A stretch of 64,000 nt of DNA, taken from the NCBI GenBank assembly GCA_964016885.1, contig OZ024740.1, positions 404,054,001-404,118,000 on the forward strand. Direction: 5' to 3'. Made by a program: the position numbers and the translations under genes. Numbering within the stretch: the first letter of the stretch is position 1; every line of letters begins with the position of its first letter. The DNA is from Eledone cirrhosa (lineage: Eukaryota). Shown one piece after another: positions 45,945-60,809 of this stretch. The notes below the pieces were generated by a model. It did not search any database. It was not told the origin of the DNA and saw nothing but the letters and a program-made list of their open reading frames with translations.

Positions 45945-46359
45945 TATCATTCGCATAATAATTGAATGATAGTCTAGGGAACGAAATCGGAAACAACTTT
46001 TATTGATAAAACATATATCGTTTTCTGAGAATGGATCGTTGCTATGCTCAGCGACATAATTCGCTTTATCCACCAAAGTTGTCCCCTATCGTCTTTTGTA
46101 TGTATTGACTCTCGAGCCATTAATGCACAAATTGGAGACGTTGTGGGGCATCCCGGACGAACTAGGACATGGAAGATCCATGTCATCATATGCCGACGAC
46201 GCCACCGTAGTAGTGTTGTGGAGGAAACATAGCGAGGTAATCGGCACTGCTCTGAGAGAATACTAAGTGGTGACAGGAGCGGAAATTCACTGTGGAAATT
46301 CGGTAGACCTGCAACTCGGTACCGGGAGAGGCAGTTCCATGCCGTCCAACAGCGTCGTT

Positions 46360-46787
46360 GGAGTCTGGTGGAATAGCAGTAACGGTAGGTAGAACGTCAA
46401 ATAACTTGCTTTGCAGCTTAGAGTTATAGCCCTTTACGTTCTGAGTTAAAATCCCGCCGCGGTTAGATTTGCCTTTCATCCTTACGGGGTCGATAAAATA
46501 AAGTACCAGTAACGTACTGGAGTTGATTTAATCGATTTTGCCCTCTCTCCACAATTGCTGGTCTTGTGCCTAAATCAGAAACCATTATTATTATTATTAT
46601 TATCGCTTTCTGAGTTCAAATCCCGCCGAGGTTAACTTTGTTGATATGATAATGTTATTTTTCGTTTCTATTATTTTATATAAGAGTGGGTACGGCCAGA
46701 TAGAAAAACAAACAGACATACTCATGCACATGCAAACACACATATACACACACTGACATGTATATGAATGTAAAATAAATCTGGGTG

Positions 46788-46861
<74 letters not shown>

Positions 46862-47050
46862 TGCGTGTGTGTGTGTGCGTGGAATATGAATCATTAATAG
46901 TCACTAATGGTCTTTCTCACTCGGATGTGAACAGCCTATACACAGACACACAGACACACATCCTTATGGGGTCGATAAAATAAAGTACCAGTAATACACT
47001 GGATATTTGCTGGCCTTGTGCCAAAAGTAGAAACAATTATTATTATCGCT
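46360..47050 (+). mobile_element. SINE followed by a second partial SINE interrupted by a ~320-bp copy of 43305-43615
   Basis: The SINE core is split between 46640 and 46959. Confidence 0.75.
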
Positions 47051-47404
47051 TTTATTTTCATTATTATCATTACTACTGTTATTAACACCCCCGCCATTCT
47101 GGACCAGGTGAGCCTTTTAAGCGCCAACCTCACTGTCCCGACGATTTTGCTTAGGGCATCCTGGGTTCCGGTTTTCGATCCGGTAGCTGTCAAACAAGCC
47201 TTCCGCTCTTTCAGAGTGTCTTAACTCTAGAGCCAGTCCAGTGTCGGAGTCGATTTAGTCGACCTCCCCCACCCCGCAGACTTTGTGCTATTTTACATTT
47301 AGGTACTGCTCTCTGTATTATCTCGTACAGTTTTTACCATTTTTATCCCTACCGTTTCCACCACTAATAGTTTTGTGGTTATCACTGCATTATTAACATT
47401 GTTA

Positions 47405-47595
47405 GTAGTGGATTGGCAGTATCGGTAGAGGGTCGGACACCATGCTTTTCCGCATAGAGTTATGGCCTTTACGTTCAGAGTTCAAATCCCGCCGGGGTTA
47501 ACTTTGCCTTACATCCTTACGGGGTCGATAAAATAAAGTACCAGTAATGCACTGGGATAATTGCTGGCCTTGTGCCAAAAGTAGAAACAATTAAC
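47405..47595 (+). mobile_element. tRNA-derived SINE
   Basis: Full core match to 17531-17716. Confidence 0.85.
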
Positions 47596-47649
47596 ATTGT
47601 TAGGATTATAAATATTTCTATTCCCTTACCTCCATATACTAGATTTCAA

Positions 47650-47960
47650 GTGGTAAAATCTGGTCTACCTATAGAGTTACCACCCAAAATGCTACATATA
47701 GATATGTTGGGGCAACATCAACCAGTTTTAAGGACCGATGGTACACTTTTAATAGTGTTGAGAAGAGAAAGAGCACGACCCTTTGGCTGGATGAAACTCA
47801 ATACTGATTAGAATGGTCCAAAATTCGTGAAGTGCTTATTGATCGTGGGATGTCCGGTGTTTGTAGTCTCTCCCTGGGTGAAACTATGGAGATCCTTAAA
47901 AGTGAAACGCGGCTAATATAAGGGGGAACTTCTTCGGTGCTTCTCTGCATCCGGTACCTC
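47650..47960 (+). pseudogene. Decayed PLE GIY-YIG endonuclease remnant
   Basis: YVGATSTSFKDRWY..KRKSTTL and GVCSLSLGETMEILK, similar to 57739-58140. Confidence 0.7.
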
Positions 47961-48640
47961 CCTCGAGCGATATAGAAGATAATTAATGTTTAAGCTTAAC
48001 TTGAAATACTAATTAGTTAAGATAATACACCTTCCTGAAATAATGTAGAAGAGGAATAGCAGTGCATGTGCTTACCACATGAAGCTAGAGTAAGTGGCAC
48101 TCCTTACCCAGCCTCATCATTACCCTTAAATTGTATAGAAGAGGAATAATGGTACTTATGTTACAATACCACTTGAAACCAAGTATGTGGCACGCTATAA
48201 TTAACCTTATCATTCCTCTACACACATATACAACTTATAAAATTTTGATCATGTACCACACCCATAAATACTTAATCAAAATAAACCTAGCCATTACACG
48301 CCCCAGGTCACTCTAGACATTGCAATAGTGATAATATAACACGTGTTCTCACACTAAAACTAGAGATGACAATTAGCATACACACCGAGACTACATAGGT
48401 ACAAGTGACATGATTACATGCCCCTAATATTAGATCATACGGTATTTAACACTTAAAAGCCAGTAATTGGTCAAGGCATTTACTAGTGAAAGTATATCCC
48501 ATATTCCCATTTCCTCACTCTATAATTTAACTCCTGCTCGCATATATTCCGATCATTTATCTTCCATACCTTTAATCAAATCTAATATTTGTGTATTCAC
48601 TCATTCAACTTTTTATATTTATGTTGTATGGATAGAAATA

Positions 48641-48747
<107 letters not shown>

Positions 48748-48930
48748 AGCGAATTTTCGACATATTTTTCCCACGATGGCTTTCTTAGCCTACCTCACTC
48801 GAGCACCAATCTGTGACCTCAGGACCAAAACCCTAGCCAATGTGCTCTTGTAGGAAGCTCACGGCGTCAGAGTGCCGAAAAGAGGATACTTGAAAAGGTC
48901 ATTTTTTTTATGTTTATGATTAACCTAAAT

Positions 48931-48970
<40 letters not shown>

Positions 48971-49824
48971 AGAGACTTCGCCCCCCCCCCCTCCCCGAAT
49001 ATTCTACTTTTCAACTCCTCAAAACGCAGTCGGCTTCCCCACTCTATAACAGAGTTTGTTTGGTCAGCCTAGCAATGTAGCCACGCAGACACACATACTC
49101 GCTAGCCAGCCCTGCTTGATTGGCACTAGCTAAGACTACTACCAACACAGGTTAGTAAATATTACAACTAGTAAATAGTATTACATTTGCACACATAACA
49201 TACTGCATCTATACGTACAGTTTTCTGTTGTTCATTACTGCACATGATTTCAAAGTAATTCATGTTACAAATAAAAACATTAGCGATGTCTTGTTCATTT
49301 GTTAATTTTTATCAATGTGATTTGGGAAAATCTTTTTCCTACGGTAATGTCAACAAGCGAGTACAGCTACTTGTTTCCTAGAACAGAGTCGCCGAAACCA
49401 AGAGAGGTCTAGGATTGCGTATTTATTCAGTGACGGAGGAGGCCCTAAATGCACCTCTATTACGTTACATATAAACGTAGGCGTTTAGAGACTACATTGA
49501 ACTGCCGGCAAAGTAAATGCCTAGGACTCTGTCTGTACGGTTACACTTTGTCTTATTAGTTAATTATTTGAAATTTTCATAATTCTAAGCAATTATTTTT
49601 ATATATGTTTCCTTGAACATGGCAACACGCTCGACTCACTGAGACATACTACCCTGATTCACTGAGCATTACCCAACCAACAAGCTACTCACCCATTATC
49701 TTTGTACTCCTACTACACCACCACAAGTGAACCAAACAAACCACATCAACAAACCATCATTTTTTATTACACCCATTTGGAAGAAGAGAGATATTTGAAC
49801 TATTATAAAATCGAATATTTATCA

Positions 49825-50012
49825 TAATTGTTTCTACTTTTGGCACAAGGCCAGCAATTATATCAGCGCATTACTGGTACTTTATGTTATCGACCCCGTA
49901 AGGATGAAAGGCAAAGTTAACCTCGGCGGGATTTGAACTTAGAATGGCAAGGGCCGTAACTCTATGCGTCAAAGCATGGCGTTCGATCCTCTACCGATAC
50001 TGCCAATCCACC
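49825..50012 (-). mobile_element. tRNA-derived SINE
   Basis: Full core match. Confidence 0.85.
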
Positions 50013-50544
50013 ATAATACTTATACTTATCCATCACCACGTGTTCACATTGTTGTAGGTCTTGATCATGCTGCTAGTGTTGTTGTTATGGTTACTGTTGT
50101 TGATATTGTACTACTTTGAACAACTGCTATCACCCGACACCACCCAAATAGCTTTATAGCACACTTGATTTCCCACGATAGATTTAAACACATAACTCCC
50201 CCACTGACGTTTTAAATTTTATAACCGATTCGGTACTGAATTTGGCAGCTTTTGATTTAACCCGGCGCCAATAAAATACAACACACAATCTAGGAGACGC
50301 TTACTATCTTGAAATTCCCTTAACGGTTCAAATAACCCAAGAATCATGAAGCGTAGGACTGTCGGTGGAGGGTTAGAAATGATGAGAAACGATCAGATGG
50401 GAGATGTATTCAAACATGGATACGCCCAAGTGGTGTTCTATAGAGGGTTCCTTAACAAGATTCATGTTTGCTGGCCTTGAGGTGACGATAGCGAAAATAC
50501 TTACCCTGGATATATCACAGTAGGAATAATTACATAATGGCTAT

Positions 50545-50595
50545 CTGACGAGATGGCATCAATTACATAATTGATGCCATTGAAATATGCAGTTT
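50545..50595 (+). ncRNA. HHR core with 14-bp stem II; stems I and III weak
   Basis: CTGACGA-GATGGCATCAATTA-ca-TAATTGATGCCATT-GAAA. Confidence 0.4.
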
Positions 50596-50824
50596 TGACG
50601 TAATTAATAAAATTATATAAGACTCCAGAATACTGGCTTATTCTTCATTCTTATATATTTATATACTAGACCACCCGTGACCCGTTGGGTCATGTTCACT
50701 AAAAAACATTTTTTTAAATAATTAAGATTTACACAGACATGTATTTAATGTAAAATGAAATTGGAAGGCCCATTTATAAAGGTGTGTGTGTGCGTATATA
50801 TATATATATATATATATATGCGTG

Positions 50825-50872
<48 letters not shown>

Positions 50873-50875
<3 letters not shown>

Positions 50876-51310
50876 CAGTGTTGAAAAAAAAAGTGACGTG
50901 GTTGCCTAAGCACTGTACGGCGTAATTCGGGCTGTTTGTTTGTTTACAAACAAACACACCGAACATTATAATAAATGTTCGGTGAACCGATACGTGCATA
51001 TATATATATGTGTGCATGTATGTATATACATACTACTGTACGTCTGTATACATATATGTATGTACGTATACATACATATATACTTACATTTAAGTAAGTG
51101 CCGTACTAAGAGTGAGAAATGAAATTTCGTTTCATTCTATTCCATTTATCGTTTTCGGTGCGCCCGGCCGACTAAACTCACTCGATATGCAAATTAGGCT
51201 GCTCAGCCGTTAATATGCATAAGGAAAGTATATACTTTCAGACGTTCAACCATCTGGCAGGAAGGTATACGATGCTGACGATTGCTAATAAGCTTAAAAC
51301 TAGTACATAT
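50873..51310 (+). mobile_element. Non-coding retrozyme-like unit ending at a decayed HHR; contains octamer ATGCAAAT
   Basis: ATG-CTGACGA-TTGC-taataa-GCTT-AAAA-CTAG-TA-CAT. Circularly permuted relative to 53412-53722. Confidence 0.65.
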
Positions 51311-51616
51311 ATATATATGTATGTGTGTGTCTGTATGAGTTGAACTGGTTTTGTGCAGTGCCTTTGCTCACTATAAAAGCTTCACGGCACAGGCATTGCT
51401 TTATATCTGGAGATCTCTCTGCACTTGTCATCACATGGTACCATGGGCCCAGCACTATGTGTCAGTAATTGTCACAAGTGTAGTGTTTGTACCAGAGTTT
51501 TTAAGTCGCTGGCTGGACTAAAAAGTCACACTCGCTCAGCGCATCGGTAGGAGTTCTCCTACATGGATATAAAGTAGTGGCCGTACTCGAAAACGAGTTG
51601 GCAGCCACCATGTATG

Positions 51617-51654
<38 letters not shown>

Positions 51655-52095
51655 TACCTGCATTGTTTGGCTTTACAAATTCAAACGTTTATATATATAT
51701 ATGTTTGTATATGTGTTACCCATAGGCAGATCTCACACAATGCAGCCTCGACAGATGAGTACTGATGAAACAAAGGCAGCATAGTAAAAACTAATATATG
51801 GAACATTATATTATGTAACATTATTTTAATTTATATTCCTTTGAGTTCCGATGAGACACTCTGTTTTTTTAAATATGTTAATTATTTTCAACTGAACCAG
51901 ATCAATTATGATACATAGTCATCTGATCCAGAAATATTATACGGAGTAGCGAAACAATTGTAAACAGGCATTATTATTATTATTAATATTATTATTATTA
52001 TTATTCTCTACATTCCTTACATCAAACTAAATATGTTGACAATCTTTTAATAATGTCTTCCTTGTGAAATTTGTGGTCTTGTTTTGCTTAACTAA

Positions 52096-53397
<1,302 letters not shown>

Positions 53398-53411
53398 ACA
53401 TATACAGATAT

Positions 53412-53722
53412 ATAAACGGAAAAATGAAACGAAATTTCATTTCTCACTCTTAGTACGGCTGTTACTTAAATATAAGTATGTATACGTACATACATATATG
53501 TATACAGACGTACAGTAGTATGTATACATATATATACATACATGCACACATATATATATGTACGTATGGATTCACCGAACATTTATTATAATGTTCGGTG
53601 TGTTTGTAAACAAACATCCCGAATTAAGCCGTACAGTGTCTAGCAACCATCGTTGCTCATTTGTTCAACACTGACAAAGGAACGCTGTACTAGTTTCAAG
53701 CTTATTAGCTATCGTCAGCTTT
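53412..53722 (-). mobile_element. Non-coding unit of the 50873 family, beginning at its HHR (about 53686-53720)
   Basis: The minus strand reads CTGACGA-TAGC-taataa-GCTT-GAAA-CTAG-TA-CA. Confidence 0.7.
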
Positions 53723-55307
53723 TCTACTACCTTAATCTTTAAGTGGGTCTTTCTCGGGGCCTTTCTACACTAGTTAGCTAATTTCCCTCCAGGGGTAGCG
53801 TCCACAAACATGACACTCTGGTATCTCTGGTTGTCGTACCATGAGGTGGCTTTCCCTATCTTATGTCTAGCCCTATCTAAGCTATTCCATGATTTGCTCC
53901 TGTATAATGGGCAAATTCCTTTCATGTCCAGTTCTATTAGGGTCTTATACTTCTCCATGGCTCCTTCGTATACTCTGATTCTGTCTCTTTGGTTGTTGCC
54001 AGAGAACTGCATGCGGTTGATGAATTGTTGGATGTGTCTTTCCATTTCTGTTGGGTCGCACATGCGGGACACGTTCTTCATCAATCGTACCAAGTCTGCG
54101 ATCAGAATATTAAACTTAGCACTCTGAGATTTTGAGTATCAGGTATTTGGAGGCCATGGGTTTAGCATAGTGTGAGTGGAGAATTTGGGCTCTCTCGTCT
54201 ATAGTGTAATCCAGAGTTCCGTGTCTAATACAGGTAGTCTATTGTTAGGGTGTTTGGAAGGGTAGTCGATAGTTACAGTTATACTCTGGTGTATGGAATT
54301 AGCTATCTTCTGGATGCTTTTCATTGTGCTACGTTCTAAATCAAACTTGTTAGCGCTCTCTTGTGGGGATGTTCTTATTACTATATTCTTAGATAGGGCT
54401 AGACATAAGATAGGGAAAGCCACCTCATGGTACGACAACCAGAGATACCAGACTGTCATGTTTGTGGACGCTACCCCTGGAGGGAAATTAGCTAACCAGT
54501 GTAGAAAGGCCCTGAGAAAGACCCATATAAAGATTAAGGTGGTAGAAAAGCAGGAACCACCATAAAATCCCTGATCAGCAAAACCTACCCTTTTAAAAAA
54601 CCCACTGTACTAATAGGAAATGTATCATATGTAAAGTAAACCCCGGATAAACTGTAAAACTAGAAACGTAGTCTATAGCATAAGATCTACAGAGGGTACT
54701 TGCAGAAACATGACAACAACACACATAGGCGAGACAGCTCGTAGCATAGGTGAAAGGATAGACCAAGACTGGGGGCAACTAAAAGGACGGTTCAGTACAA
54801 TACAAACATGCCAGACAACAACACGACGGTAACATAGACAACATAGAAATTAGAATAATATCTAAACATAGAAATGACCAAGCAGATAGGCAAATCAGAG
54901 AGGCCAGTGAAATAGAACTTAGAAGGCCAAGACTAAACAGAAAAAATGAATGGTATAACAACAACACCCAAACAAACAACACTGACCTAAGAGAAGTATA
55001 AATAAATAAATAAATAAATAGATAAATAAATAAATACATATACAAGCACAATAACAACAAACACATATAAACACACACTAGTAAAGATAGAATACATTAA
55101 CCAATACACATTCACCCAATCACGAATACACATCAAACAAAACACTATACACACACGCAAACGCATGCGTAAAGAAGACAAAAAAAATAAACAAATAAAT
55201 AAATATATAAACAGACTAAATAAAGATGGCGTAGAAAAAACAATGCAACGGGAGGAAACAATAGCACCACTGACGATGTTGCAGATGTGAAACGAAAGAA
55301 CTTTGAT

Positions 55308-55312
<5 letters not shown>
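53722..55312 (+). mobile_element. Truncated PLE (Nematis-like) with 5' inversion: thumb region on -, GIY-YIG and pLTR on +
   Basis: VTIDYPSKHPNNRLPVLD, RMQFSG, RNVVYSI..HIGETARS, RQIREA..LNRKNEW. 54387-54540 is the reverse complement of 53722-53880. HHR-like core at 55270-55297. Confidence 0.75.
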
Positions 55313-55400
<88 letters not shown>

Positions 55401-55452
55401 TATGTATATATGTATATATATATATATGTATATAGGTATATATGTATATATG

Positions 55453-55511
<59 letters not shown>

Positions 55512-55541
55512 GTATATATATATATATATATACATATATAT

Positions 55542-55615
<74 letters not shown>

Positions 55616-55640
55616 ATATATATGTATATATGTATATATG

Positions 55641-55729
<89 letters not shown>

Positions 55730-55730
<1 letters not shown>

Positions 55731-55945
55731 GGTGCGTGGCTGACTGGTTAGAGAATTAGATTCGCAATCGTGAGGTTGTGAGTTCGATTCTCGTACTAGG
55801 TGATACGTTTTGACCTTGAGCAAGACACTTTATTTCACGTTGCTCCTTCTGCTTGGAGTTGCGACAAATAGATAGTATTAGCAATGGAAAGACCAATGGA
55901 AACATTGTTTCCTCGGTCCGATTTGATGAAAGTCGATCGACTGTT
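55730..55945 (+). mobile_element. tRNA-headed SINE (second family)
   Basis: GGTGCGTGGCTGACTGGTTAGA..GAGTTCGATTCTC..CCTTGAGCAAGACACTT. Confidence 0.75.
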
Positions 55946-56055
55946 GATATATATGTATATATGTGTGTCTGTCATCTATATACACTGGTCATAGACACAG
56001 ACACACACACATACACACGCACACACCCATATATACCAACCAAGGGAGCCGCGGA

Positions 56056-58140
56056 TTACCCTTAAAGATCACAAGCCAAAACTTTGAGTCCGACCTTCCT
56101 GTCAGACTAATAGCCCCCTCCAGATCTGACCTAGGGATCGTCAGTAAAAGAATACTAGATAGGATTTTGCCCAAGCTTCGGAAAAAAACTAGATTACAGC
56201 AATGGTCATGCACGGGAGAGGTAATAGAATGGTTTAAGATAATACATGAGAAAAGTAAGACCAGCTTATACAACTGGATATCGCCGGCTACAACTCCTCA
56301 ATTTCACCCATAGTACTCAATAAGGCCCTATTTTTAGCGATGTCCAATACGGACCTAACCCGAGAGGAGGTGAGCATCATCCACGCCGCAAGAAAGACCT
56401 TAATCCGTTTCGATGGAGACCTTTGGACCAGGAGTGATTGGCCAAATAACTTTGACATCACGATGGGCTCCAGCGACTCAGCACAGGTAACGGATCTGGT
56501 TGGCCTATTCCTGCTGAAGCAGATAAAAGATGAAATCCCCTGCCTGAGCGGCGGATTATATCGTGACGATGCTCTCTTCACAGTATATGACCCCAGCACC
56601 AATATGTTGGAGCCAATGAGGAGGCGTATTCGCCATTTCTTTAAGAACCAGGGGCTCAGTATCGAACTAGACCCAAATAGAAAGGTAGTTAACTTCCTAG
56701 ACACCACCCTAAACCTGAACACCGAACAATACTACCCCTACCACAAGCCCAACGAGAAACTCGTGTATGTTAACGCTCAGTCAAACCACCCTAGATCCAC
56801 AACCAAAGCCGTAGTGAAGAGTGTCTCGGACAGGATCTCCAGCCTGTCCGCAAGTAAGGAAATCTTCGATAACAACGCGGAATATTACAACGCAGCTCTA
56901 AATAAGGCGGCACATGGCCAAAATATAACATATAGTCCGAAACGCCGGGATGGGGATGGCCCAACGGACACCCACACCCGCGTTGTCCGGGAGGGGGCTA
57001 ACCCTAACAATACAGGCAGAACAGAAACAAATAGGCACCTTGAGCCCGACACCACGACACGGGCGTTGGTGACGAGTACGCTTAACCATGAGATGAAATC
57101 CAATATGAGGGGTGATGCTAGCCACTCCGGGCTCGACGAACCCAACCGCAGGAGACGTGAGGGGGGGGCCACCCCACGGTGGATCTCCCCACAGATTCGG
57201 GCCGTGAAGATAGCAAAACTCATAGCGCCCAAAGGGGAAGCAACAATGCGGGAACCACCAGCAACTCAACAAATTTCAAACAACTCACGACTCCCCCAAC
57301 CCACCCATATAGGAGGAGACACATAAAAATCACGTGATACAACCCACCCTACTCAGCGGCCCTAAAGAACAGCTTGCCCCGATCATTCTTTGGAGCACTT
57401 GATAAATGCTTCCCGAGGGACCATAGATATCACAAGATCTTCAACAGACATACTGTGAAACTCTCGTATTCCACCACGAGAAATCTGGCCCAACACATAG
57501 CTAGCATCAACAGGAGTAGGCTTAAAAACCACACACAACCAGAAGATGGCAATACAAGCACCCAGCAGAACCATGTGGAAGGAGAGAAGGGTGGACCCAG
57601 TGCCCATCCAAGAAACCCAAACAGACCCGGAGACCCCCCACCATGCCCGAGGGAAGACCACCATGTAACACTTAACGGAAACCCCACTCTAGGCACGCAG
57701 AGGTCGACCACCCTCTGCAACTGCAGAAACCCCGAATCATGTCACTTATTAATGAATGCCTTAAGAAGAACCTAGTATACGGTTGTAGTGTTAAAACCCC
57801 CAACTCCGAACACCTCTACATAGGAGCCACATCAACGAGCTTTAAAGACCGTTGGTATAACCATCGCCATTCCTTCAATAAGGAGGTTAAAAAGAAAAGT
57901 ACGGCTCTCTCCGACCTGATCTGGAAACTTAAGCTGGACAGGACCCCGTACTCTCTAGCCTGGTCCATAATCAGGAAAGTACCACCCGATAAAGGGGGAT
58001 ATGGCATATGCAAACTATGTCTAAACGAGACCCTCGAGATACTAAGAGGTGGAAGCCGCCTGATAAACCTCAGAACCGACTTCTTCTGGACATGCAGACA
58101 CCTCAGGGCCGTGACCTTCCTCAAGATATATGGACAGTAG
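56056..58140 (+). pseudogene. PLE Pol (RT + GIY-YIG), frameshifted
   Basis: ORF pieces 55963-56313, 56340-57326, 57374-57775 and 57739-58140. Confidence 0.88.
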
Positions 58141-59097
58141 CAACACAATAAGATGTGAACTCCCCTCAAGCTATAGAGACTTCTGCAGAATATGTAGACA
58201 CCTCTCGGCCAGACCTCCCTCAAGCTATATGGGCAGTAACAACACCATAGGTTGGGAACTCCCCTCAAGCCATAGGGACCGACACCATGATAGCCTAGAG
58301 ATTGATTCTGACACAGCCTTTATAATTTGGCCAACATCTTTATAACACACACACATTTTATTTTACTTGATTTTTCATTTTTGGTTTTTCATTATTCATT
58401 TGTTATTTGTTTTCTGTTTTCTTCACTTTATCACCTTATATTTATATTTAAGTTGAGATTGGTTATAACACACACACATTTTATTTGATTATCCTACTTC
58501 GTTTTATTCTTTTACCATCTTGTTCCTCCTACCACTTTATCCAACATATTTCTGACCTTGAGATTGGTTATAGCACACACATTTTATTTTATGTGAATCT
58601 TCATTTTTATTTTTATTTTTATTTTTCACTTTTCATTTTCATTTTTCATTTTTCATTTTTCATTACTTTTTCATAAATTTTTCATTTATTCTCTATTTAT
58701 TATTTATTTTCTCTTTTCTTCATTTTATTGCCTTCTATTTCTTCATATACATGGCAGAACCTTCTACCACTTTATCATTTGTTTGAGCTGATTCCAACAA
58801 CAACACCACTACCAACATAAGAATAGAGGCCATATGTACCTAACAATAACAAGAACAACCAATACAGATAGGCTTGCCTCAGAACGAATTTCTACAGACT
58901 TTTGACTGAGGAATGTTCTAACAACTGACCAATGAGAGGAGAAGAGACCCTTTGATGCTGAAATTCGTTTGTTTAAATTCATATGATTCCAGTTCCTCAG
59001 TGAAATAACAACCCAACCAGGAACTGGGCATATCAGAGTATTGACAAAGTTAAACACCTCAACAACATGTGTACTCGTCTCTGCCACACTAATTCGG

Positions 59098-59152
59098 ACC
59101 GCCTGAAGAGGTCACAGCCAAAGATGGCTGTCACCGAAATATATATAGCAGT
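59098..59152 (+). ncRNA. Type I HHR in the 3' pLTR
   Basis: ACCGC-CTGAAGA-GGTcACAGCCA-aaga-TGGCTGTcACC-GAAA-TATATA-TA-GCAGT. Confidence 0.75.
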
Positions 59153-59199
59153 AATAAACGAAGCCAAATTTTAAACATTTGACTTATTTATTTTATTTT

Positions 59200-59243
<44 letters not shown>

Positions 59244-59264
59244 GAAGAATTAGAAATAGAAGTT

Positions 59265-59332
59265 AGGAATATCCATCATCAGTTGTCTACTAGCCATCAT
59301 AGGTATTTCTTCGCATTACAGACAATATACCT
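59265..59332 (-). ncRNA. Candidate jumbled hammerhead ribozyme (second subfamily)
   Basis: AGGTA-TA-TTGTCT..GAAA-TACCT..AGACAA-CTGATGA-tGGAtatTCC. Confidence 0.55.
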
Positions 59333-59969
59333 CCGCCTAGAGCGATACAATAACTAAAATAAGTTATTGGGATAAACAGAGTTGGGTGGAGAAAGAGAAA
59401 GACATGTAAACAGACACGAATGGTGAGACGACGTAAAGAGAGGAAAAAATGAAATAATCAAGTCAATAATTCATTTCCAACATAAGAACGGGCGAATTTT
59501 GACGAGGAGATAAAGACACATCTTGGCCGTATGGGTGTGAGCGAGGAGAAAGACCGCGTACGGCGTAGGCCGATGGAGGAAGTGAGAGAGGGGGTGAGTA
59601 GCAGAGAGTGAGTGAGTGAAAGTGCGAGGAAGTACGACTAGCAGAGGGGGTGAGTGAAAGTAAGAGGGAGAAGGAGAGAGAAGGGGAAGAGAGAAAGATA
59701 ATAGCTGCAAGGGAAGAGAAAAAGACAGGTCACAGCGAAGGGGAAAGTATATATGATTTATATATATTTAATCTGAGTTTTTCGAATATTAATAATAATA
59801 TTCGATTCGTTTGCAATTATGCAAACAGCCTCGTTTTTTTTTAAAGCCATGTCAGTAGAATGAGCCCCTCAGATTACATTTATTGTATTCAGCCATGTAG
59901 AGCGATAATTTTTTTTTAATTTAAATGTGGCAAAGCCGGCCTTTAATCGCTCTATACAGGAAATTGACT

Positions 59970-60257
59970 GGCCAGTCTGCTGATATGCAAATCTGTCTTG
60001 TCAGTGAATCTGCTAATATGCAGATCTGACTGATCAGCCAGTCTGCTAATATGCAAATCTGTCTTGTCAGTGAATCTGCTAATATACAGATCTGACTGAT
60101 CAGCCAGTCTGCTAATATGCAAATCTGTCTTGTCAGTGAATCTGCTAATATGCAGATCTGACTGATCAGCCAGTCTGCTAATATGCAAATCTGTCTTGTC
60201 AGTCAATCTGCTAATATGCAGATCTGACTGATCAGCCAGTCTGCTAATATGCAAATC
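59970..60257. repeat. 66-bp (2 x 33-bp) tandem repeat containing ATGCAAAT/ATGCAGAT
   Basis: About 4.3 units visible. Confidence 0.9.
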
Positions 60258-60327
60258 AGGCCGATCAGTCACTGTATATTTCAGAAAATATATTTTCACT
60301 AGCTCTGACAGTTGGCAGGTGAACGGT

Positions 60328-60377
60328 GAACTGTACTGATGAAAGGTAATACCCAGAAACATTAGTGTCTGCAGTTC
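60328..60377 (+). ncRNA. Type I HHR with 8-bp stem I
   Basis: GAACTGTA-CTGATGA-AAGG-taata-CCCA-GAAA-CATTAGTG-TC-TGCAGTTC. Confidence 0.8.
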
Positions 60378-60536
60378 TGTTTACATGCCGACACAAGAGC
60401 AACAATGAGGGGCTCATTCTACTGACATGGCTTTAAAAAAGAGGCTTGTTTGCATAATTGCAAACGAATCGAATATTATTATTATTAATATTCGAAAAAC
60501 TCAGATTACATTTATTGTATTCAACCATGTAGAGCG

Positions 60537-60582
<46 letters not shown>

Positions 60583-60708
60583 TATACACACATACTTAGA
60601 AACCCTTCTTATTTAGCAAGAAATATGATACACATGACTTAATATTCAATCATCAAATACAAGCTAGATACAGTAATGCTGTATTCGATTCTCTCTCTCT
60701 CTATTTCT

Positions 60709-60809
<101 letters not shown>

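Larger units (their letters stand above)
56040..59205 (+). mobile_element. 5'-truncated PLE (probably Hydra-type) with 3' HHR
   Basis: RT MGSSDSAQVTDL/GLYRDDAL/PYHKPN and EN VYGC..YIGAT..CKLCLNE..CRH; frameshifts. Confidence 0.9.
59768..60541 (+). mobile_element. ~632-bp non-coding HHR unit with inverted 5' arm and an internal octamer minisatellite
   Basis: 59871-59909 is repeated at 60503-60541. 59768-59870 is the reverse complement of about 60407-60508. HHR at 60328-60377. Confidence 0.85.

Noticed and set aside
48415-48480. Possible decayed HHR downstream of the EN remnant
   Set aside because: Both core boxes are too degenerate.
49330-49420. GAAA-CC..GG-TC-TAGGA half hammerhead
   Set aside because: No acceptable CUGANGA-like box next to the matching TCCTA.
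55730-55800. Possible tRNA gene
   Set aside because: No clean cloverleaf; continues into a SINE body.
59952-60362. 136-aa ORF with DLHISR repeats
   Set aside because: Antisense reading of the 66-bp octamer repeat inside a non-coding HHR unit.
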